DNA from: a bacterium
GTDB taxonomy: Bacteria > Sysuimicrobiota > Sysuimicrobiia > Sysuimicrobiales > Humicultoraceae
Length of the DNA stretch: 27,268 nucleotides
NCBI GenBank assembly: GCA_041497675.1
Contig: JBGQGY010000037.1
Span: 1-27,268, forward strand
Direction of reading: 5' to 3'
The notes below the pieces were generated by a model that worked only from the letters and a program-made list of their open reading frames with translations, searched no databases and was not told where the DNA came from. The translations under genes were made by a program, and so were the position numbers. Below, piece by piece: positions 16,645 to 25,034 of this stretch (positions within the stretch are counted from its first letter, which is position 1; the number at the start of each line of letters is the position of its first letter).

Positions 16645-18129
16645 ATGGATCGGCTCTGGGCGGGGACGGGTCGTCGCGTCATCAACCCGGAACTCGGGAT
16701 GCCGGGGCCGGGGATACGCATCTACTGCGATCCAATCGTCCATATCGAGAGCGACCTGATGGTGACGGCGCTCGTTCTGGAAACCACGAACTGCAAGATC
16801 GTGTTGATCGGTTGCGACCTGGCGGTGATCTCGTCGGCTCTGGCACACGAGGTGCGTCAGGCAGTGGCAAGGACGGTGGGCACGGAGCCCTCGCATGTGC
16901 TGGTGAACTACAGCCACACGCATGCCAGCCCGAGCATCAAAGGATGGGGCATGGTGAACGATGGCGACCAGGCGGCCGCCATCGAACGCTATCAGGGACG
17001 GCTCGTCGAGGCCGCCGAGCAGGCGGCGGGTGAGGCCGATCGCAGTCGACAGCCGGCCCGTCTCGCCGCCGGGTGGGGCGAAGCTCCCCTGGGCGTCTAC
17101 CGACGCGAGGGGGGATCGGATGGCCACCTGATCCTCGGGGAAGTTCCCGATGCGCCGATTGATCGGTCTGTCGGGGTCGTTCGCGTGGACGATCTTGGCG
17201 GCCGGCCAATCGCCGTCCTGTTCAGCTTTGGCTGCCACCCGGTGGTCGTGGGCCCGCGGTCACAGGCCGCCTCGTCCGATTTCCCGGGCGCGGCCCGTAA
17301 GCTCGTCGAAGACGTGCTCGGCGGGACGGCGCTCTTCCTTCAGGCGTGCGGCGGCAACATCAATCCCCGTTACGGGATCGGTTTTGAAGTCGACTGTCGG
17401 GACGTCAAGGACAGAGAAGGCGCGGTGCTGGCCGGCGCGGTCATCGCGACCGCTTCGAGCTTACGGACGGACACACGGCGCGGGCCCCGCACCCTCCTGG
17501 GTGAGTTCGGCATCGCGCTGTGGCCGTGGCTTCCGGTCGAACATGCCGCTGCCCCTCCAATGGCGGCGGTGGAACGGACGCTGGTGGTCGCGCTTTCGGA
17601 ACTCCCTCCACTCGAGGTGGCGCAGCGGCTTCGGGAGCGCTATGCTGGCGAACTCGCGGCAGCGCAGACCAGACGTGGCCGCACGGCCGATGTCAGTGTC
17701 GCGTGGCGCTGGGCCCAATGGGCGGAGACGCTCGTGGCAGCCTGCGGGCTCGGCGAGGGCATCCTGGAAACGCCAACAGGGACGTTCTCCATCCGTGACA
17801 GGACGGCCACATTTGAGACGCCGATTCAAGGGATCCGCGTAGGCGATATGGCCATCGTGGCCACGAGCTTCGAGATGTTCTTCGAGACCGGTCTGACGAT
17901 CAAACGACGTTCGCCGTTCCCCCACACCGAGGTCATCGGGTACAGCAACGGCTGCGCGGGCTATCTGCCCCGGGCGGAGGATCACCCGCGTGGCGGCTGG
18001 AGCGTGGAACAACGCTACGCGGTGCCGGACCTGTTTCCGCAGTCCTGGTTGTGGCCCGTCATCCTCCACCCCGACGCGGAGGGGCAGGTCGTTGAAGGGG
18101 CGATCGCGGTGCTCAATGAACTCGTCTGA
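16645..18129 (+). CDS. Neutral/alkaline ceramidase N-terminal-like metallo-amidohydrolase, copy 1
   Basis: SHTHASP, YRRE, PID..VGVVRVD, FGCHP, SSDFPG, FLQACGGNINP, FEMF and GYSNG..GYLP. No signal peptide. The start could be TTG 16630, but ATG 16645 aligns with the N-terminus of the paralogue. Confidence 0.75.
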   Translation: MDRLWAGTGRRVINPELGMPGPGIRIYCDPIVHIESDLMVTALVLETTNCKIVLIGCDLAVISSALAHEVRQAVARTVGTEPSHVLVNYSHTHASPSIKGWGMVNDGDQAAAIERYQGRLVEAAEQAAGEADRSRQPARLAAGWGEAPLGVYRREGGSDGHLILGEVPDAPIDRSVGVVRVDDLGGRPIAVLFSFGCHPVVVGPRSQAASSDFPGAARKLVEDVLGGTALFLQACGGNINPRYGIGFEVDCRDVKDREGAVLAGAVIATASSLRTDTRRGPRTLLGEFGIALWPWLPVEHAAAPPMAAVERTLVVALSELPPLEVAQRLRERYAGELAAAQTRRGRTADVSVAWRWAQWAETLVAACGLGEGILETPTGTFSIRDRTATFETPIQGIRVGDMAIVATSFEMFFETGLTIKRRSPFPHTEVIGYSNGCAGYLPRAEDHPRGGWSVEQRYAVPDLFPQSWLWPVILHPDAEGQVVEGAIAVLNELV

Positions 18130-18156
18130 GGACAACCCTGCGTGAGGAGGTTTGCG

Positions 18157-19755
18157 ATGGGTAGGAGGCTACTGTGGGGAATCGTCGCCATCGGACTGTG
18201 CCTGCTGATTGGGCAGTATGGTCTGGATGCGGAACGGGCCCGGGCCGAAGCCGCACCGGCATTGCGTGCGGGTGGCCCGGCCGGACTCCCAGGCGGGCAG
18301 TGTCCGAGACGGGGGGGTAACCTCATCATCGGACAATCGGGCGAACCGACGAGCATCAATCCTCACCGGTTCGGCGACCAGAACGCCCGCAATATCATCA
18401 TTGCGATCTTTAGCACCCTCGTCGAGCATGACCTCCAGACGTACGCGATCCGGCCCAGCCTCGCGGAGTCCTGGAGCGTCTCGCGGGATGGGCTGGATTG
18501 GACATTCAAACTGAGAGCGAACGTCAAGTTCCACGACGGCACCGATCTCAACGCCGATGCCGTCAAGGCGTCGCTCGAGCGGTCGATGGAGCCTGCCTCG
18601 GGGCGCACGGCGCCGCTGTTGACTCGGGTCAAGTCGCTCGAGGCCAAGGATGCGCTCACGTTCGTCATCCACCTCTCGCAGCCAGATCGAATCTTGCTCA
18701 GTACGCTCCTCGACGTGTACATCGGTCCGGCCGGCGTCACCACGGAGCGCCTGGGTGAGGCACCGATGGGAACGGGGCCATTCAAGTTCGTTCGATGGGA
18801 TCGCAACAGGCAGGTCGTGCTCGAGCGGCATCCCGACTACTGGAGAAAAGGGCTCCCGTGCCTCGACCGCCTCACGTTCCGGACCATCCCGGAAGAGAGC
18901 GTCCGTTCGCAGCAACTGCGCAGCGGACAGATCCATCTATCTTCATCGGGGCTGCTGGGCGAGATGGGCACCCTCGCGTCCGCCGGACTCGTCCTGCATG
19001 CGCCCCCCAGGGGCTTCAACCTGGGCTTGTACAACATCCACACGAACACACGGCGGGAGCCCTGGAGGCGCCAGGAAGTCCGCCAGGCCCTCAGTTTGGC
19101 GCTCGACCGAGAAGCCGTGGGACGCGCCCTGTTCGGCTTTGTCCAGGTGCTGTCCAATCCGATGGAAGCGAACAAGCGGTTCCTCAACCCGCAGGCGGCG
19201 TCGTTCAACAGGCGGGACCTGGATCAGGCCAAGCAGCTGCTCACGGCCGCTGGGTTTTCGGCGGGCGTCGACGGCGGCGAGGCGATCGTGTGCGGGTTGG
19301 GTTTTCAGTTCAATATCCTGGGTCAGCTCGTACAGAGTCAGGCGGCTGAGGCCGGCATCAGGCTCAGGTTGACGATCCTCGATGTGGGGACGTATGTGGC
19401 CAGGACCCTTGGGAGCCGGCGCGGCGAGTACGACATCGCCGTCTGTGCGATGGTCCCCAAGCCGGATGAGTACGACCTGCTCAACCATCCGTACGCCAAG
19501 CTGTTCACACAGACGCTCGGCTGGATCGATCAGAGGCGCGAGTTCTACGATCTCCTGGATGCCGCCCGCTCGATGCCCGGCGAGAGCGCCTACCGGCAGG
19601 CGATCACGGAACTCCAGCGGATCGCAATGGAGGGGCAGGCCGAGATCATCGTCGGTGGGCGTCTCGATCCCACGCCTGCTCGCGCATACGTCAAGAACTT
19701 CATTCCCCACACACAGGGGAACGTGTTCTTGGAGGCCGTCTGGCTGGACAGATAA
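18157..19755 (+). CDS. ABC transporter substrate-binding protein, family 5 (module 3)
   Basis: GAGGAGG SD before ATG 18157; hydrophobic signal; PRRGGNL, PSLAESW, VKFHDG, GTGPFKF and VRQALSLALDR. Confidence 0.92.
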   Translation: MGRRLLWGIVAIGLCLLIGQYGLDAERARAEAAPALRAGGPAGLPGGQCPRRGGNLIIGQSGEPTSINPHRFGDQNARNIIIAIFSTLVEHDLQTYAIRPSLAESWSVSRDGLDWTFKLRANVKFHDGTDLNADAVKASLERSMEPASGRTAPLLTRVKSLEAKDALTFVIHLSQPDRILLSTLLDVYIGPAGVTTERLGEAPMGTGPFKFVRWDRNRQVVLERHPDYWRKGLPCLDRLTFRTIPEESVRSQQLRSGQIHLSSSGLLGEMGTLASAGLVLHAPPRGFNLGLYNIHTNTRREPWRRQEVRQALSLALDREAVGRALFGFVQVLSNPMEANKRFLNPQAASFNRRDLDQAKQLLTAAGFSAGVDGGEAIVCGLGFQFNILGQLVQSQAAEAGIRLRLTILDVGTYVARTLGSRRGEYDIAVCAMVPKPDEYDLLNHPYAKLFTQTLGWIDQRREFYDLLDAARSMPGESAYRQAITELQRIAMEGQAEIIVGGRLDPTPARAYVKNFIPHTQGNVFLEAVWLDR

Positions 19756-19764
19756 GGCCGTTCG

Positions 19765-20715
19765 GTGTCGCTGAAATTCGTCGCCCAGCGTCTTCTGCAC
19801 GGTGGGCTCGTGCTCTGGATCGTCGCGACCGCGGTCTTCTTTCTCTTTCGCGTCATCCCCGGAGATCCGGCGGCGATGACGTTGGGATTCGATGCGCCTC
19901 CAGAGGCGCTCGCGGCCCTCAGGGCGGAGATGGGTCTTGATAAGCCGCTTCATGTCCAGTACGCGACCTGGCTCTTCAATCTGCTGCGCTGGGATCTCGG
20001 ACGGTCCGCAACGAGCGGCAACGCGCCGGTGGCCAGCCTGGTGTTTCCGAGTCTCTGGCGCACCCTTGAGCTCGCATCGCTCAGCATGCTCGTGGCCATC
20101 AGCATTGCCTTGCCACTTGGGATGCTGTCGGCGCTGCGCGTCGGGTCGGCGATCGACCAGCTGGCGCGCGTCGTCACGACGATTGGCTTCAGTATGCCGA
20201 CCTACGTCCTGGGCATCGCCGCCCTGCTGGTGTTCGCGGAGATGATCCCGCTGCTACCGTCGGCCGGGTATGTGCCCCCCAGCGAGGATCTCGCCCTCCA
20301 TATCAAGTACCTTATCCTCCCGGCGGCCTCGGTTGGGTTCGTCATGGCGGCTCGACTCGCCCGATTCATGCGGGCCGGGATGCTCGACGTCTTGAGTCAG
20401 GATTACGTCCGCACGGCGTATGCGAAGGGCCTGCCGGGGTGGCGGGTGAATGCCCGGCACGCCCTTCCCAACGCGATCCTCGCGTTTGTGACGGAAGTCG
20501 GCGTGAACTTCGGGCTGTTGATTGGAGGCATGGTGGTCATCGAACAGGTCTTCACCTGGCCCGGACTCGGCTGGCTGATGATCCAGTCAACCCTCAACCG
20601 CGCGTATGACGTCGTGCAGATTGCCGTGCTCATCTCCGCCGCCGCGTTTGTCATCGTGAACCTTCTCGTGGACCTCTCCTACGGTGTGATGGATCCGCGT
20701 ATCGCGTACGAGTAG
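19765..20715 (+). CDS. ABC permease, DppB/OppB type (module 3)
   Basis: IPGDPA, GLDKPL, DLGRS, RFMRAGMLDVLSQDYVRTAYAKGL, HALPNA and DPRIAY. Confidence 0.93.
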   Translation: MSLKFVAQRLLHGGLVLWIVATAVFFLFRVIPGDPAAMTLGFDAPPEALAALRAEMGLDKPLHVQYATWLFNLLRWDLGRSATSGNAPVASLVFPSLWRTLELASLSMLVAISIALPLGMLSALRVGSAIDQLARVVTTIGFSMPTYVLGIAALLVFAEMIPLLPSAGYVPPSEDLALHIKYLILPAASVGFVMAARLARFMRAGMLDVLSQDYVRTAYAKGLPGWRVNARHALPNAILAFVTEVGVNFGLLIGGMVVIEQVFTWPGLGWLMIQSTLNRAYDVVQIAVLISAAAFVIVNLLVDLSYGVMDPRIAYE

Positions 20716-20724
20716 GCGACGGAT

Positions 20725-21597
20725 ATGGCTGTTTGGGCGAGGTCCCTGAGCCGCCTGCGACACAATGCCCTGAGCCTGGGGGTGATCTTCGCGCTGGCGG
20801 GAGTCGTGGGGCTTGCGGTGGCCGCCGAGTCTGTGGCTCCGTACGGCCCGTTTGCGGTCGTGGCGGCCCCGGTCCAACGTCCGTCACCGGCCCACTGGCT
20901 GGGAACCGACGAGATCGGGCGGGATGTGCTGAGCCGATTACTGGTGGGTACGCGAATCACGCTCCTGGCCGGACTGGTCGCGACGTTGATTGCGGTGGTT
21001 ATCGGGGTGCCGATGGGCCTCGTCAGTGGCTACTACGGACGGGGTCTGGACGCGGCGATGATGCGGATCACCGATGGCCTCCTGGCGTTCCCACCGATCA
21101 TCCTCGCCATGGCCATGGTGGCCGTTCTCGGTGCAAGCCTGACCAACACGATGATCGCCATCGGCATCGTCCAGATCCCGCGGTTCTCCCGCCTGGTGCG
21201 GGCCGTGACGCTTGCCACCAAGCAGCTTGAGTATGTGCAGGCCGCCCGAGCGCTTGGCGGTGATGACTTTCACATTATCCGCCGGGCGATCTTCCCCAAT
21301 GTGGCATCGATGGTGTTTGTGCAGTTCAGCCTGGCCTTCGCCACGGCTGTGCTGACCGAAGCGGGCTTGAGTTTCCTCGGGTTGGGCGCCCAGCCGCCTA
21401 GCCCGTCGTGGGGGCTGATGCTGGACCTGGGGCGGAAGCTGCTCTCCAAGAATCCGTTCTATGCTCTGTCGGCAGGAGCCGCGGTGTTCCTGGTCGTCCT
21501 GGTGTTCACATTGCTTGGAGACACCCTGAGAGATCTGCTTGATCCTTTTCAGACGACCCGACCCGGCTCAGCACCGGCATTGAGCTCATCCGGCTAG
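20725..21597 (+). CDS. ABC permease, DppC/OppC type (module 3)
   Basis: HWLGTDEIGRDVLSRLL, EYVQAARALG, EAGLSFLGLG, PSWG and GDTLRDLLDP. Confidence 0.93.
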   Translation: MAVWARSLSRLRHNALSLGVIFALAGVVGLAVAAESVAPYGPFAVVAAPVQRPSPAHWLGTDEIGRDVLSRLLVGTRITLLAGLVATLIAVVIGVPMGLVSGYYGRGLDAAMMRITDGLLAFPPIILAMAMVAVLGASLTNTMIAIGIVQIPRFSRLVRAVTLATKQLEYVQAARALGGDDFHIIRRAIFPNVASMVFVQFSLAFATAVLTEAGLSFLGLGAQPPSPSWGLMLDLGRKLLSKNPFYALSAGAAVFLVVLVFTLLGDTLRDLLDPFQTTRPGSAPALSSSG

Positions 21598-21613
21598 GCG
21601 AGGAGAGAGGACT

Positions 21614-22396
21614 ATGGAGCGGCTAGCAGACCTTCGTCTGGGCGCCGGCCTTGAGGGCAAGGGCGTGATGGTGACCGGGGCCGCCGGTGGGATTGGGAGA
21701 TCGACGGCGGAGCTGTTTGCCGCGTGCGGCGCTCATGTCTGCGCCGTGGATCTCAACGGCGAGGCGGTGCGGGCACTTGTGGCGTCCCTTGGAGACTCCG
21801 GGCGCCACCTGGCAATCCAGATCGATCTCACCAAGGTCACGGGGCATGAACAACTCCTGCGCCAGGCGCGGGACCGGTTGGGGGGTCTGCACACCCTCGT
21901 GCACGCGGCGGCCGTACTCCGAAGGCGCTCCTCGATTACCGAAGTCACTGAGCAAGAGTGGGACCTTCAGCTCGATATCAATCTCAAAGCGGCCTTTTTC
22001 CTCAGCCGCGCCGCTGCTGAACTCATGAAGGAGCAAGGGCGGGGCGGCAGGATCATTAATTTCAGCTCACAGGCATGGTGGACGGGTGGGTCTCACGGGT
22101 CAGTCGTCTACGCGGCGACAAAGGGCGGCATCGTGTCGATGTCCCGCGGGCTCGCACGGACCTACGGACCCCACGGGATCCTGGTGAACTGCATCGCCCC
22201 GGGTCTCGTCGATACGACGATGCTGCGCGACGGGTTGCGCGACGAGGATCTGGCGGCTCTCGTCCGGGCATGTCCCCTGGGCCGTCTCGCCGAGCCGGTG
22301 GAGGTGGCGAAGGTCGCGGTGTTCCTGGCATCCGATCACGCCAGCTATGTCTCGGGGGCGACGATCAATGTCAGCGCCGGCGGTCTCATGTACTAG
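21614..22396 (+). CDS. Short-chain dehydrogenase/reductase, probably NAD-dependent
   Basis: VTGAAGGIG, acidic residue after beta-2 (AVDLN), INFSS, YAATK, IAPGLVDT and PLGRLA; purine-rich AGGAGAGAGG SD. Confidence 0.9.
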   Translation: MERLADLRLGAGLEGKGVMVTGAAGGIGRSTAELFAACGAHVCAVDLNGEAVRALVASLGDSGRHLAIQIDLTKVTGHEQLLRQARDRLGGLHTLVHAAAVLRRRSSITEVTEQEWDLQLDINLKAAFFLSRAAAELMKEQGRGGRIINFSSQAWWTGGSHGSVVYAATKGGIVSMSRGLARTYGPHGILVNCIAPGLVDTTMLRDGLRDEDLAALVRACPLGRLAEPVEVAKVAVFLASDHASYVSGATINVSAGGLMY

Positions 22397-22400
22397 TGCC

Positions 22401-23525
22401 ATGCGCATAGTCCGCGTCACGCCGGTGTCCGTCTCGTATCCCGAGCCTAACGACAACAACGCGACGCGCTACCTGACGCTCTGCCGGGTCGAAGCCGAAG
22501 ACGGAACGATCGGGTGGGGAGAGGCCGTCACGATGTGGCCTGAGGCATGCCGCGCGACGGAACGACTGATCGAAGGCATGAGCGAGCTCGTGGTGGGACG
22601 GGACGCCGGGGACTGCGTCGAGGTCTGGCGGAGCCTCCGGGCGCACACCTGGTGGTACGGCTATGAGGGCGGGCTGGCGTCGTTTGCGATCAGTGCCATC
22701 GACATCGCGCTGTGGGATCTGAAAGGGAAGGTTCTCGGTCAGCCGGTGGTGCGGCTCCTGGGTGGGACGCACCGGGAGCGCCTTCCGGTCATCGCCAGCA
22801 CCCACGCGTTCGGCCCCAGCCTCGAGGCGGAGGCGGACCGCCACGGCAGCTACGTCCGGGGCCTGGGCTACCAGGGGGTCAAGGTGGGATTTGGCAAACG
22901 TGGGCAGGCACGTCTGGGCTACACGGTCGAGCGAGACGTCGAGTTCATGCGGCTGTTGCGCGAGGCTGTGGGACCAGACGCGCACATCATGATCGACCGA
23001 GGACAGTCCCTTGTCTGGAACCTCGAGCACGCCATTCGGCTGACCAATGCCTTCGAGCAGTACGGGCTTAAGTGGATTGAGGAGCCCTTCGAGCCTCACG
23101 AGTACGAAAACTTTCGCAAGTTCCGCCAGCATGTGAAGACGCTTGTTGGAACGGGCGAGCGTGAGTGGACTGAGGAGGGCTATCGGCGAGTCATCGACTC
23201 CGGTATCGTTGACGTCGTGGGATGCGATCCCGGGCGCTGCGGAGGGATTACCGGGGCGCTCCGGGTGATCGAACTGGTCGAGGCCGCGGGGGTGTGGTTC
23301 AATGCTCACGCCTGGAGTAGTGCGATCGTGAGCGCGGCGAGCCTGGCCTTGTCGGCCATCACCCCACGCTGTCTGGTGTTCGAGCTGAAGCCCATAGAGA
23401 ACCCCGTGCAACACGAGCTGGTTGATCGACCGTTCGTTCAGAACGGTGGATGGATCGACGTCCCAACCTCGCCGGGCCTGGGGATCGACGTGATCGAGCG
23501 CGTGGTCGAGAAATACCGCTTCTAG
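22401..23525 (+). CDS. Mandelate racemase/muconate lactonizing enzyme family protein, probable acid-sugar or hydroxy-acid dehydratase
   Basis: Start moved to ATG 22401. GWGEA, AISAIDIALWDLKGK, metal ligands in MID, WIEEP and TGERE, and a His-Asp dyad (CDPGRCGG, NAHAW); PGLGI. Confidence 0.9.
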   Translation: MRIVRVTPVSVSYPEPNDNNATRYLTLCRVEAEDGTIGWGEAVTMWPEACRATERLIEGMSELVVGRDAGDCVEVWRSLRAHTWWYGYEGGLASFAISAIDIALWDLKGKVLGQPVVRLLGGTHRERLPVIASTHAFGPSLEAEADRHGSYVRGLGYQGVKVGFGKRGQARLGYTVERDVEFMRLLREAVGPDAHIMIDRGQSLVWNLEHAIRLTNAFEQYGLKWIEEPFEPHEYENFRKFRQHVKTLVGTGEREWTEEGYRRVIDSGIVDVVGCDPGRCGGITGALRVIELVEAAGVWFNAHAWSSAIVSAASLALSAITPRCLVFELKPIENPVQHELVDRPFVQNGGWIDVPTSPGLGIDVIERVVEKYRF

Positions 23526-23547
23526 AGCGATGTCGGAGGACTCCTAG

Positions 23548-25023
23548 TTGTCAACGCTCCAGGCCGGCGCCGCCCGCCGGACGATCAATCCACCGCTCGG
23601 CATCAAGACCGTGGGGTTTTCCTCTCGCGAAGGTGTCGTGGACTCCATCGAGAGCGATCTCACGGTCTCGTGCCTCGTTCTGGCCTGCCGGGAAGGAGGG
23701 AGAGTTCGGTCCAAGATCGCGATCATCGCCCTGGATCTGTGCATCGTCCCGCTGGACCGGATGGCCGAGTGGCGCCGGCGCGTCGCGGACGCCATTGGGA
23801 CCGCGACGTCGCATGTGATGGTCAACCTCAACCACACCCACAGCGCGCCGGCCATCCCTGGTGTTCCCCCGGAGTTCGAGTATCAACGGCCGATGCTCGC
23901 ATCGTATGAGGAGATGATGCTCAGCCGCATGCTCGAGGCCGCGCGCGAAGCCGACGCGTCGCTCCACGATGCCCGCGTTGTCGCCGGGCGGGGGGAGAGC
24001 CGCATCGGGATCAACCGACGCGAACTGGGGCCGGATGGTATGGTGTTCCTCGGTGAGGCGCCCGAGGGCGAGATCGACGCCACCGTGGGAGTGATCCGTG
24101 TCGATGACCTCGGCGGCCGGCCCATCGCCATTCTGTTCAGCTACGGCTGTCACCCCGTGGTCGTCGGACCGCGGTCACCCGTGATTTCGCCGGACTTCCC
24201 CGGCGCGGCTCGCGAGGCCGTCGAGAAGGTGCTCGGCGGTACCGCGCTCTTCTTGCAGGCGTGCGGCGGGGACATCATGCCTGTCGGGGGGATGGGGTAC
24301 GAGACGGACTGCCGCGACGCGAAGGACCGCGTCGGGACGATGCTGGCGGGCGAGGTTCTGCGCGTGGCCTCAGGGCTGAGGTCACACGTCAAACGCGGCG
24401 AGCGCACGTGGCTCGGGTCGCTTCTCGGCAAGGGCATGACGTTGACGCCGTGGGTACCAGTCGAGGGTGCCACGTGCACGTATCTCGGCGCGGCCGCCGA
24501 GACGATGGCCTTGCAGCTGATTGAACTCCCGTCCATGGCCGAGGCGGAGACGATTCGAGCGGAACGGTACCGGGAGTTGGAGGAAGCGCGCGCCGGTGGC
24601 CAAGAGCGCACTGTTCAGGTAACGACGCGATTCGCTGCATGGGCCGATGGCCTCGTCGAGGCGGTGCGCACCGGCCGGCCGAAGACGTGGGACTTCTGCG
24701 TGCAGGTCCTACGAATCAACGACATCGTCCTTGTGGGTCTGAGCGCCGAGACGTTTGCAGGGACGGGTATCACCATCAAGGCGCGGTCGCCGTTCGAACA
24801 CACGCACGTGCTTGGCTATACGAATGGGTGCGTGTGTTACCTGCCGCGCGCGCAAGACCATCCGCCGGGCGGATGGAAGGTGGGCGCCCGCTACCAGATT
24901 CCGGATCTCGTCTTTCAGTCCTACCTGCTGCCGACCGGGCTCCATCCCGGTTCGGAGCAGCGCGTGGTTGAGCGCGCCGCCGGCCTGATTCGCGAGTTGG
25001 CCGGACCGGCGGGCGAGCCGTAG
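23548..25023 (+). CDS. Neutral/alkaline ceramidase N-terminal-like metallo-amidohydrolase, copy 2
   Basis: GGAGGA SD with TTG start; VGFSSR, NHTHSAP, INRRE, YGCHP, SPDFPG, FLQACGGDIMP, AETF and GYTNG..YLP. Confidence 0.77.
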   Translation: MSTLQAGAARRTINPPLGIKTVGFSSREGVVDSIESDLTVSCLVLACREGGRVRSKIAIIALDLCIVPLDRMAEWRRRVADAIGTATSHVMVNLNHTHSAPAIPGVPPEFEYQRPMLASYEEMMLSRMLEAAREADASLHDARVVAGRGESRIGINRRELGPDGMVFLGEAPEGEIDATVGVIRVDDLGGRPIAILFSYGCHPVVVGPRSPVISPDFPGAAREAVEKVLGGTALFLQACGGDIMPVGGMGYETDCRDAKDRVGTMLAGEVLRVASGLRSHVKRGERTWLGSLLGKGMTLTPWVPVEGATCTYLGAAAETMALQLIELPSMAEAETIRAERYRELEEARAGGQERTVQVTTRFAAWADGLVEAVRTGRPKTWDFCVQVLRINDIVLVGLSAETFAGTGITIKARSPFEHTHVLGYTNGCVCYLPRAQDHPPGGWKVGARYQIPDLVFQSYLLPTGLHPGSEQRVVERAAGLIRELAGPAGEP

Positions 25024-25034
25024 GGGGGGTTCAC

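Noticed and set aside
6274..21597. Repeated DNA and peptide words among transporter genes (AAGTTCCACGACGGC, GATTACGT, WLDR and DPR endings) as recent duplication or a repeat array
   Set aside because: These are conserved family motifs. The rest of the paralogues is highly divergent and there is no regular spacing.
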